From Macrostomum hystrix (taxonomy: Eukaryota > Animalia > Platyhelminthes): a stretch of 64,000 bases of DNA. The stretch is from NCBI GenBank assembly GCA_950097015.1, contig CATNEN010000029.1, positions 5,642,001 to 5,706,000 on the forward strand, given 5' to 3'. Below the pieces are notes generated by a model, which was given only the letters and a program-made list of their open reading frames with translations, was not told where the DNA came from and did not search any database. Shown here in pieces: positions 50,343-61,132 of this stretch (within the stretch, counting starts at the first letter, position 1; every line of letters starts with the position of its first letter). Position numbers and translations under genes: made by a program.

Positions 50343-53300
50343 TCACAGTCGCGACAGGCCGACCAGCCGGCGAACCTCAGCCATTGTGCAGGCTGCCTCA
50401 GTGGCTGCAGCCTCTCGACCGGCCCGCAGGTGTCGCCCCACCTCCGCCAGTCCGTCTGGTGTAGTCGTGAGCTCCTGATAGCGTCGGCGAATCGGCCGCA
50501 GGCGCTCCAGCACAGCGTCGGCCACCAGGCGCTTCAATGCGAGCTTGCTGTCCACCGGGCCGTGCCTGGCCAGCGCCTCGCCAGGTGAGCAGCCGGTCAG
50601 CGCAGCCAGCAGGTGGATGAGGTTGGCAAGGCCCGGACGCTGCTCCGGATCGTAGGTTACACCTTTGGCGGAGTCGGTGACAGCGGACCGCAGCTTCGAC
50701 CAAATGGCGTCATCCGAGTCCGCCAGGCCAATGCGCGATGCTGCGTCCGGATCCGACTTGCTCATCTTCCTACATTCGAAAGAGGAATAGGGGATTCCCG
50801 ATTTAAATAGGGGATTCCCGATTTGAATAGGGGATTCCCGATTTAAATAGGGGATTTCCGATTTGAATAGGGGATTCCCGATTTAAATAGGGGATTCCCG
50901 ATTGGAATAGGGGATTCCCGATTTAAATAGGGATTCCTGATTTGAATAGGGGATTCCCGATTTGAATAGGGGATTCCCAATTGAATCGGGGATTCCCGAT
51001 GGAATAGGGGATTCCCGATGGAATAGGTGATTCCTAATTTGAATTGGAGATTCCCGATTGAATAGGGGATTCCCGATGGAATAGGTGATTCTCAATTGAA
51101 TAGGGATTCCAGATGAAAGAGGAAATTTCTGATTGGAATAGGGAATCCTCTAGATGCAATTGAGAATTCCTGTTAGGAAAATGTAGTCTTGTTTGTAGCT
51201 TTGAAAATATAGAGAGAGATAATATTTTATGTAGTTATTATACTGCGCCTCAATAATATTTGCAGGCACTGACGCTTTATTTGAGCACTCGCAGGGATGC
51301 TATTCCGTCCATTTCGTTGACCCTGAGAACATCCGCCCTGACTCGAAATCATTTCGCCTCATGGGCGTAAACTGCACTATTAGCCACCAAGCCTGTCTCT
51401 CTGCGGCTGCGCCCCAAATGAATGTTGCCTCGCCGCGGATTCGAGCTCGGGTACTTGCTTAAAGTGCAAGAGTCAGACGCGTCACCCCTTTGCCACTCGA
51501 CCCTCTCGCTCTGGAAATGCAACTCTTACTTAGTGGGGTCCCGCAGGCTGCGCACTCGGCTAGCGTAGGCGCCCAAGCCAGTAGCTTCGGCGGGCAGCAG
51601 CGGCTCCGGCCTTGGAAACAGGCGGCAACCGTAGCGTGAGTTGAACCGGTCGGCCAGCTCCCTGCTCAGCTCGACGTGCATCCGCTGGTCGTCGCCAACC
51701 GGCACGTGGCTGGCACGGTAGAGAAGGATGTCAGCAGCCTGCGGGTTTGTTTGACTTTATTTAATCTTCAAATGTTTACATTTCTACTTTTAGTAGTGTA
51801 AAGAGAAGTATTTATATAAAAATATTTTTTTCACTGAAAATCAACTAAAATATCTTCTGTTTCGCTTCTAGATTTTAAAAGATATGAAAGTTTATAAAAC
51901 TTTCCTTGAAGATCAGATCAATTAACACGCAGACATCCGAGCTTACAAAGGCAGACGATAAATGCTTCAAAAAGTTCATAATTCATAATTCAGAGAGGAC
52001 TGATGATATGTCGCAGTAATAAAATAATAATAATAATAACAATAATGATGTATCTAATTGCAACAGGGCTGCGGGCAATTACACATCGTTTGGTGACAGT
52101 AGACCCGCAGCCAGTGAGGAGACATTTCTGCCCGTTCCGCTGACTCCTGAGCGAACAAGCACATACACACACATACACACTCATACATACACACACACAT
52201 ACACACACACACAGATACCGTACGCAGGAATTCGCTTACATCAGGCAGTGTACACTCTCACAAGTCTCCAAGCCTTCTCACTGCGGCTGCGCCTTAAATG
52301 AATGTGGAATCACCACGGAATCGAGCTCAGGGAACTTAGTGCGAGAGGCGAAAGCAGTTAGACCGCTCTGCCACCGACCCCGGATGATAACTGATAGTAA
52401 CAGAGTGTAACATTGAATTCCATAGCACTCACCTGCAGCAGCGGATAGGTGAAATATGGCGGCATTGTTGTACGGTTTCTCACGCCAATTCGGCAGATGC
52501 TGCAGCTTGGCTAGCGGGCAGAGCGCGGCGAGCAGCCACTGCAGATCCGTGTGGCCTGGCACCTGAGGAGCCAGTTAAACAAATTGGATACTTATCCTCA
52601 TTCTCCTGTGCACGCAGATCCATAATCTTGATCTCCAACCATCAGATCCCTACTTCCCAATCCCTTCATCTCCAACCATCAGATCCCTACTTCCCAATCC
52701 CTTCATCTCCAACCATCAGATCCCTACTTCCCAATCCCTTCATCTCCAATCATCAGATCCCCAATTCCCAATCCCTTCACCTTCAATCATCAGATCCCTA
52801 CTTCCCAATCCCTTCATCTTCAACCATCAGACCTCTACTTCCCAATCCCTTCATCTTCAACCATCAGATCTCTACTTCCCAATCCCTTCATCTCCAACCA
52901 TCAGATCCCTACTTCCCAATCCCTTCATCTTCAACCATCAGATCCCTACTTCCCAATCCCTTCATCTCCAACCATCAGATCTCTACTTCCCAATCCCTTC
53001 ATCTCCAATCATCAGATCCCTACTTCCCAATCCCTTCATCTCCAATCATCAGATCTCTACTTCCCAATCCCTTCATCTCCAATCATCAGATCTCTACTTC
53101 CCAATCCCTTCATCTCCAACCATCAGATCCCTACTTCCCAATCCCTTCATCTCCAACCATCAGATCCCTACTTCCCAATCCCTTCATCTTCAACCATCAG
53201 ATCCCTACTTCCCAATCCCTTCATCTCCAACCATCAGATCTCTACTTCCCAATCCCTTCATCTCCAATCATCAGATCCCTACTTCCCAATCCCTTCATCT

Positions 53301-54057
53301 TCAACCATCAGATCCCTACTTCCCAATCCCTTCATCTTCAACCATCAGATCCCTACTTCCCAATCCCTTCATCTTCAACCATCAGATCCCTACTTCCCAA
53401 TCCCTTCATCTTCAACCATCCGATCCCTACTTCCCAATCCCTTCATCTTCAACCATCAGATCCCTACTTCCCAATCCCTTCATCTTCAACCATCAGATCC
53501 CTACTTCCCAATCCCTTCATCTTCAACCATCAGATCCCTACTTCTCAATCCCTTCATCTTCAACCATCAGATCCCTACTTCCCAGACGTGGTGTTTCTAC
53601 TGTTAAGCTAGAGCGCATCTTCTAGGACGCGTCTGTTTCAGCCTACCTCTGACTGGCAGAACAGCCGGACAGTCGGCGAGTCCAACAGGCCGCACGCCAA
53701 GAGACTGGCCGCTGTCTCCATGGTGAGGCGCCGCAGCTCGGCCGGCTCCGGGCAGGCGGTCAGGGCGTGCAGGTCGACAACGCAGAACAGGCTGGGCGAA
53801 GACCAACTGTCGGCAGGCTGCGGGCTGCTGGCACTGGTCAGTGCGACCCAGTGCGACACTGCGCCCAGGTAGTTGCCCAGGTGGGGCACTCCGGTCGGCT
53901 GAATGCCGGACAACAGGCGACGCCGAGGTTCAACTGTCGCCGTGTCCGCCTTCTTCTTGACTTCGGTGGAGGACGACGATGAAGAGCTCAGGGCTTTCCG
54001 GAGCGCGGACAGCTCAAAAAATGGCCGAAGCATACGACAATACAATGCTCCTCGCAT
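50343..54057 (-). CDS. WARS2: Mitochondrial tryptophanyl-tRNA synthetase; exons 54057(or 54033)-53647, 52562-52433, 51738-51530, 50769-50343; +1 frameshift in exon 2
   Basis: [16 protein letters not shown] (HIGH-type motif), [34 protein letters not shown] (KMSKS), PGLANL, and a presequence-like N-terminus. Confidence 0.9.
50786..51150. repeat. 20-bp tandem array (AATAGGGGATTCCCGATTTA), degenerating rightwards, WARS2 intron 3
   Basis: Unit is directly visible. Confidence 0.9.
51310..51460 (-). mobile_element. SINE family A degenerate 5' fragment (copy 6)
   Basis: GCGGCTGCGCCCCAAATGAATGTTGCCTCGCCGCGGATTCGAGCTC matches the SINE head region. Confidence 0.7.
52020..52385 (-). mobile_element. SINE family A copy 7, WARS2 intron 2
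   Basis: Tail (AAT)n, body with an expanded (CA)n, and head GGAATCGAGCTC. Confidence 0.85.
52628..53585. repeat. 37-bp tandem array (AACCATCAGATCCCTACTTCCCAATCCCTTCATCTCC), ~26 copies, WARS2 intron 1
   Basis: Unit is directly visible. The ORF at 52628-53611 is its translation. Confidence 0.96.
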
Positions 54058-54284
54058 GGTGAATTTGATAGCTGAGAATAAACGCGAATACTCATATACA
54101 ATTGTGTGTAAAAGTAATCACATCAATAATAAATTATCAACGAAAGAAACTGCAATACAAGGAGGTTGGAAAAACTCCGGACTTCAAAGCTGATCCTAAA
54201 ATATCAGGCCTCTGTCGATTTTTCTCCTGTATTTCATATTTTCACTGCCATATGCCTTCCGTTCCTCATCTTTACCCCGTCTGG

Positions 54285-54580
54285 TCTCCCTCTCTCTTGT
54301 CTCATCTCTCTTCCTTGTCTAAGTCTAATCCCTCTCCTGTCTCATCTCTCCCCTGTCTCATCTCTCTCCTTTATCTCATCTCTCTCCTTTATCTCATCTC
54401 TCTCCTGTCTCATCTCTCTTCTGTCTCATCTCTCTCATGTCTCCTCTCTTCCTTGTCTTATCTCTCTCCTATCTAATCTCTCTCCTTTCTAATCTCTCTC
54501 TCCTTTGTCTTATCTCTCTCCTGTGCCTACTGTCCAGTCTCATCTCTACCCTCTCTCTCGCGTGTCTCATCCCTCCCCAG
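54285..54580. repeat. Degenerate CT-rich low-complexity repeat (CTCATCTCTCTCCT-like)
   Basis: Pyrimidine-rich repetitive tract upstream of WARS2. Confidence 0.8.
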
Positions 54581-55027
54581 CTAATCTTCCCGGGTGCTCC
54601 TTAGCATCGCTGGCCATCGTTATTTTGACTCTGCACTGTTAGCTAATATAGAGAATATTATTTTGGATAATTGATTAAATATAGCATTAAGGCACCTTCA
54701 CCATAAAACAGCAGATAAACAACAAAATATTACGAAGCTTCAACGTTTTTATGAGAAAATAATTATATTTAATTACAAAAGTATTGTGGCACAAAGTTTA
54801 AACTGTATAAACATAATTCTCAGTCATAAACTTTTACCTAACCGTCAGGAAAAGTGTGTGCGTCTTTTTCAACTTAAAATAACAAACATACTGTAAGGGA
54901 CTAATTTAAGAAATCCCTTCTTAGACTTTCTCAGCTTTCTTATTAATAAGAATTATGCTGGCGTGTTTCTATTCGAGACATTTTATATAAATCTTATGTA
55001 CAAGAATGTACACGTACATAAAGGGGG

Positions 55028-55300
55028 TTGTAGCTAGTGGTTTAAAGGTCGAGGGTTCGATTCCCGACTCTACTAGAAAAGTTTGCGTCCTTTAGCAAGA
55101 CACTTAACTCTGCATTGCTTCAGTTCACCGAGCTGTTCAATGGGTACAGCATCAGCTGGAGTAATTGAGGGTTGGTGTGGCGTCCACCCAGTCCATGGAC
55201 TGAACAAACGTACGCAGCCTTCAGATGCGCCGCGCAATAGCTGCGGCTGTGCTGTCGACTGCAGATCTGGCACGATTGGATACGGTGTAATTAAGTATCT
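55028..55300 (+). mobile_element. CORE-type (MIR-like) SINE, family B copy 2
   Basis: GTAGCTAGTGG (box A), GGTTCGATTCCC (box B), then GTCCTTTAGCAAGACACTTAACTCTGCATTGCTTCAGTTCACC (CORE-like). The 3' body is shared with 11235-11525. Confidence 0.78.
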
Positions 55301-55355
55301 ATTATAAATGAACTATTACTACTGTACATACAGTTTAGGATGTCAAAGGACATCA

Positions 55356-56983
55356 TCAGTTTCGATCTCTCTCCATCACGGCGGCTTTGAATCCGACCTC
55401 CTCGCAGCGGCGCTGAAATTGGACGCCCTCCGGTGTGTGCCGCGACATGCCGTCTAGCAGCGTCGCCAGCCGCTGGGTGTTCACTAAGCCGGCCGCCTCG
55501 TAGATACTGTTGATGACTAGCTTCTGGAAGAACAGCTGATTGACTGGCACGCCGGCCAGACGGTCTGTCAAGCGCCGCTCAGCTTCGTCGATTTTATCGT
55601 CTGGCACCGATTCGCCGACTAGGCCGATTTCGGCGGCTCTGCGGCCGCTGATGACGTCACCAGTGAGCAGCAGCCGCTTGGCCTGCTCCAAGCCCAACCG
55701 GTGCGCCCACATCGCCGTGGTTGGACAGCCCCACAGCCTGGCTGGCGGGTAGCCAATTCTGGCTCTGTCAGTTGCTATGGTAACGTCGCATAGTAGGGCC
55801 ATGTCGGAGCCGCCGCCAATGCAGGCGCCTTCGATTCTTGACAGAGAATGAGACGATGAAGAGAAGCTGTCTTTAAACTGGTTCTGCGTAGAAATTCCCT
55901 CCAAAAATGAGGAAAAATGTATAGTTCTAGAGCTTTCTATATAAATACATATAGAACCACTCTTAAACGGGGTTGAGTGGTAGAGTGGTCTAACGCATTT
56001 GCCTCGCGCACCGAAGTTCCTGAGCTCGATTCCGCGGCGTGGCCACATTTATTTGAGAAGACTTGGGGCTTGTCGTGCATTTTCACCGATGGGGCCGACC
56101 TCTAATGTACGGTGAGAGTGACGATGAGAAAGTCAGGGCAGATGTACATAGATAATATGTACCTGTGTGAGCGTATGCCTGTGTACAGTGTCTGTGTGCG
56201 TGTGTGCTTAGGAGTTAGCGAACTGGTCAAAATTTCCCCTCGCTGGCTGCGGGTCTAGTGCCACCAAATGATGTTCCATTGCCCGCAGCCCTCCTGCAAT
56301 TATTATTATTACCATAAGATGGCTGACACTCTACAGACACAGAGGCTAAAAATTACGCCTAGCCCAGTTGTGGGTGAACTGAAACAATGGGCAATTAAAA
56401 GTGAAGGAATTGCTCAAAGACAAGAATTGTTTCCCATGAGCTGACAGATTCGAACTCTAGACCTATAGACGACTAGAAGTAGACTAAAAACCCAATAAAC
56501 ATTTCATTGCTCCTAGGAAACAATGTTCACTACAGCAAATTATCTCACTATCAACAGTTTCGCATCTGATTATCACCTGGCCAGCACAGGTTTGAGGCTG
56601 CGCCACAGTGACATGTAGTGCTGGGTAGCGCGCCACATGAACTGATAATCCTCGTAGGGATCCCAGGGCATTTTCTGGCTGCCTGGCTGACTGCCGCGCG
56701 GCGCCTCGGCGTAGAGCTTCAAATCGTAGCCGGAGCAGAAGTTACCGCCGGCGCCCTGGAGCACAAGGACTTTAACGGCCGCATTGGCATTGGCCTCAGT
56801 CACTAAGGTCTCCAGCAAGCCTGGCATTGAAGCTTCAATAGCATTCATAGCCGACGGACGATTCAGGGTAATGCGAGCTACATGGCCTTCAATGGAAAGT
56901 GTCACGGGCTTCTGCTGGGAGCACAAACTGCGCCGGAAAGTGAAGGACAAATTCCGCAATGGGCCAAACGCAGCCAGTAACAT
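55356..56983 (-). CDS. Crotonase/enoyl-CoA hydratase family protein with a mitochondrial-like presequence; exons 56983-56577, 55836-55356
   Basis: ARITLNRP..MNAI, LQGAGGNFCSGYDL, PWDP, SLWRSLKP..A.IEGACIGGGSD.AL.CD, IGYPPARLWGCPTT.MW..RLG. Phase-2 intron. Confidence 0.9.
55968..56312 (+). mobile_element. SINE family A copy 8, crotonase intron
   Basis: GGTAGAGTGG, GAGCTCGATTCC, body with internal deletions, and tail GCAATTATTATTATT. Confidence 0.85.
56350..56500 (-). mobile_element. Degenerate CORE-SINE remnant
   Basis: Reverse strand GAGTTCGAATC (box B-like), then GTCTTTGAGCAA...TTTCAGTTCACCC, resembling the family B core. Confidence 0.4.
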
Positions 56984-57270
56984 TCCCCCTGGCTTGGCTG
57001 GATGGAGAATTTAGAAGGAAAAAGCTATGTAGCATCAATGAATAAATACCATTAGGCATCAACTTATACATACATTTTCTAAATATCTTTATGAACTATA
57101 ATTTTAACCTAAATTGAATCTAACATGACATTTAATCAGTAAATCTATTTTGTTTATTGGCCCAACTAGCAACCACTCGTATGCTTAAACTGAAATGAAA
57201 AAACTTGGTAACAATATTGTACCAATCTCACATACATACTCGTAGTTTTAATGCATATTTATTTCAATTA

Positions 57271-58059
57271 CGAGGGGTGTTCCAAAAGTCCTGTCCCTTT
57301 TGAGCATAGCTCAGGATGTACAGGTCTGATTGCAAAGCGGTTTTCGATGGCTGATAGAGCTTTTTTCTGTGCTTCTTTTGACACCAAACTTATTAAAAAA
57401 GGCCTACTTTTCACAAAACGCTAGGCGTTTTACTATGGAGATCTAGTGAAAGGTTTACAGAAACAACGAACTCAAGAGTCGAGGCACCCAGCGGGCAGAA
57501 AGCTTCACCAGACCCAGTTCTTCCGTTAGCACTCGGTAGACAGTTGATGTGGGAGCATAAGACGATCAGAAATCAGGTGTACTGTCACCCGTGCTGCCTT
57601 GCATCCTCATCCAGAAGTGCCCAGATGCGAGGGGCAAGGTCTTCGATGAATGGAGCAGTAGGGCGGCCGGGGCGAGGTTGATCACTCAGTTGCTCTCGAC
57701 CTGCTTGAAAGCGCTCAATCCAATTGCAAATGGTGCGAAGAGTCACTGCTTGATCCTGGTATGCGGTGACCAAGGCTTGATGAATTTGAATAGCCGACTG
57801 ACAATTTTTCCACAGTGAAAAGATCGCAGCTCGCTGTGCTTCGACACTGTGGGCATCCATGGAGGTGATCCAAACTCCAGATGTCAAAAGAGACTGCTTT
57901 CAGAAACTGCTCTCAGAAACTGCTTTACCGTTTAGCATAAACTTGGTGTCAAAAGAAGCACAGAAAAAAGTTCTATAAGCCATCGAAAACCGCTTTGCAA
58001 TCAGACCTCTACATCCTGAGCTATGCTCAAAAAGGAAAGGACTTTTGGAACACCCCTTG
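57271..58059 (-). mobile_element. Internally deleted mariner transposon (789 bp, ~120-bp TIRs, TA duplication)
   Basis: TA|CGAGGGGTGTTCCAAAAG... versus ...CTTTTGGAACACCCCTTG|TA. Internal HTH region (TICNWIERFQAG...PRPGRP) and SARWVPRLL motif; no catalytic domain. Confidence 0.9.
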
Positions 58060-60601
58060 TAGTTTGGTAAAAAGTTAATTTTTGCTCTACTTTTCTTTTA
58101 TAAAATAGTAAAAAATAAGTATGCTGTATACAATTTTAATAAGTTTTATTTCCTCTAGTACTACTATGAAGTACCATTTAAGCACTAACGTTAGAACTAG
58201 TTGAAAGAAAAAAAATGAGAAAAAATATGTATACAGGTAAAGAGCAAAATAACACAAAGCACTATTAGCTAGTATACCACAGTTTATAAAACTAGATATT
58301 ATATATTTTGGGATATTGAATTCATTTGTTTTCATTAAATCAAGTAACTTATTTTATTTTGGAGCTATAAAAGTACTAAAAGACTAATTCTAACCAATAA
58401 CAAGGCATAAATCCCAAAGCATGTATGTATCAATATTCAGTAGAATAGGCAGAACGATCACTTAGAATAATCTGACCTGATCAACTGATCAAGGGTATAG
58501 GTGATCAGGTCAGATGGAGTCAGGAGTCAATTATAATAAATTCATATGCTAATCTTTAAAACAATATCATTACTAGCTGTTATAGTAAAAGTTAGTTAGT
58601 AAGTTAGTCAAATTTGTATCAAATTAGCTCATAGCTAGTTCGTTTCTAATAGAATAACATAACAATTACTAATATTATATAGCTAGTTTGGTACATCCAC
58701 ATTCATCACTGCACATATTTAGCTATAGCTTCACTGTTAAGAGTGAGTGTGGCATAGCTACACAAGGCTAGCTTTTGAAATTTTGGCATAGTTAGAGATA
58801 GAGTAGCAATTTATGAACTAAATGCTTTAGGTTTTTTGAAAAAGTATAATATTTCAATACTTTTAATTACATACACTCTGTATAATATAAATGTATTTAT
58901 GTATTTTGTATTTATGCAGTGTAAATGTATGTATGTATGTATGTATAATATAAAATTATTATTAGTGGCAAACCAATAACAGAACACAAATATAAATTAA
59001 ATAGGTAATAGAGTAAGTGTAATAGTCTGACAGTTCGTGCAGCAAAAGCAAAGTTCCATTAATGCAAAAATATATAATGCATTTAAAAAAGCTGTGGATG
59101 ATTTAAGACGCATGCACGCTATACTCTGAACGTTTCTAGGAAAGAGAGCAATTCAAATTTGATCACGTTTAAATATACGATATTGAACTAATTTCTAGAT
59201 AGCATGAACGCTCTGGTGGTTACGATTCTGAGGGGTTTTCATGTAAAGTAAAGTATCCGATGCTTTAAGTCAGTTTTGCTTTATAATGCTTTATTAAATT
59301 GCTATTTTTAGGGAGGACAACGACAACTCAATAAAATATACTGATTGTAAGCTTTGAAATAACATCCTGGACAGGGCTCACTTGCGGATTCAGACAGGGT
59401 TATGAGACAGGGATGTGGTGGAATGAGACTCGTGAGAGATGAGATGCAGGAGAGATGAGAAAGGAGAGGCGGTGTTACAATCGACCTAGATATGATGAGC
59501 GAATATTCAGAAGCTTTTGTAGCTTTTATATAATTACTTCATGCTGGTGGCCCTGACTTTTCTGACCTCTGTTTCAAAGGTTCTCAGCATGGAGCCTACA
59601 TGCTATTAGAAAAGCTTGCCAGTATTACACGCATACGCCTGACGCCGGAAGCAACGCGGCGGCCTCGAGCCGGACGTCGCCGATCGACCTGGTGAGATGA
59701 CGTTTCGATCAATAACCGCTCGTGGCGACGCGAGTGAATAAACGCTTGTACCTCGAAAACTACTAGTTTAATAAACCACATAGAGTTTAAGAAATAAATG
59801 CTACCGCGTAAAAACACAATAAAATTTACGGCCGATGAAAAAGTTCCTATATAAACAGGGGAATAATAACTTCGCAGGGCTTGTAGCTAGAAGCTAAGTA
59901 AAACTTAACAGATGCATTTGATTGCCACTGGTATTAGTACCACAATTAAGGGTCCCTAGAATAGTAAATTCCACCGATTATAAAACTACTGTGTGGTTAA
60001 TTCAAGAACTAGGCGAATTAATGATCAGAACATAATGTATTAAGTAATGAATAAGTGTGCATGGTAGCCGCTGTGAAATATCTCAATTTGTTAAGGAGCT
60101 CAGAACATCATTTAGCATCATTTCTTATCGACAGATCAGTTAATTTTTTTTATTTAATCAGTTTTAAATGGTGTAAAAACTTTGTTTGAAACAGTCAGAA
60201 AAGGACTCCGCCCACGTCACCGCCCACGTCTACAGCTTTGGTGGCAATCACGCTAAGTTGGGATTGGTCAGCAGAAGTTATAGTTATAGCCCGGTAAAAT
60301 TCTTAGTGTCTCATATCAAAAACACAAATATATGTTACTGAACTATAATACGAGCTTATTACAAGCGAAGAGATCATAATCTCGATGAGTCTCGCTATTT
60401 TCAATTAATTAGACCGAAAAACTTTGCGAAAAAAACAGAAGTACAAAATATGTTCTTCTAATTTAATTTTACTTTCTAAAAAGCATAATAAGAAGGTTTC
60501 GTCAGTTGCTAAATAATAAAACAGAAATTGTCATCTTTCAAGTGAGTTCTGTCCACGCAGTCGGTTATCAATGGTTGATTGCTGTGCACCCAACATGCAA
60601 T

Positions 60602-61132
60602 CTACTTCTGCACCGTCTGAACCCTGATCTTGCTGAGCACCAGGCCCATGGTCTCGCACGCCGGGCCGCAGCAGGTGTCGAGGATCAGCAGGTTGAACCT
60701 CTTGACCAGGTTAAAATCGATGGTCTGGAACTTCAGCATTGGTGTCATGCACCAGACATGGCAGTAGGTCAGGAAGGCGAATTGGCAGCCCCAGTAGAGG
60801 CCGAGACACAGGCCGGTCAGCACAGTCAGGGTCTTGTAGAGGCAGTTGAAGCCGCAGTTGTAGCACTTGTAGGAGTTGGTCCACAAGCAGTCAATGCTGT
60901 GAGCATGTGGCGGCTCGGCCAGAACTTCATCGAAGTTGCTCTGCGGAGACCGCGACCAATCGGTTTTTATAGATTATATTTCTGCTAGGAGCGATAGGGA
61001 TTTATAAACTGCTAACCAACCAATACTAAAGCTCACCTTGATGTGACCGTTGATGGTGTTGGGATCGCGGTTGACAAGATCCACCGTCACCTCCGCCTCG
61101 GCTGATCCACCGGACTTCTTGGCTGCGGCCAT
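60602..61132 (-). CDS. CAV: Caveolin (144 aa); exons 61132-61037, 60940-60602
   Basis: DLVNRDPNTINGHIK, signature-like FDEVLAEP..AHSID.LW..SY, a hydrophobic hairpin, HVWC..P and Cys-rich C-terminus. Confidence 0.9.

Noticed and set aside
52628-53611. 327-aa Ser/Pro-rich ORF
   Set aside because: Translation of the 37-bp satellite in WARS2 intron 1.
55028-55075. tRNA gene
   Set aside because: Box A/B are present, but there is no cloverleaf and the sequence continues into a SINE body.
59590-59790. Possible solo LTR (GC-rich with AATAAA)
   Set aside because: No matching target-site duplication and no second copy in the window.
60506-60988. 160-aa + strand ORF
   Set aside because: Antisense to caveolin exon 2.
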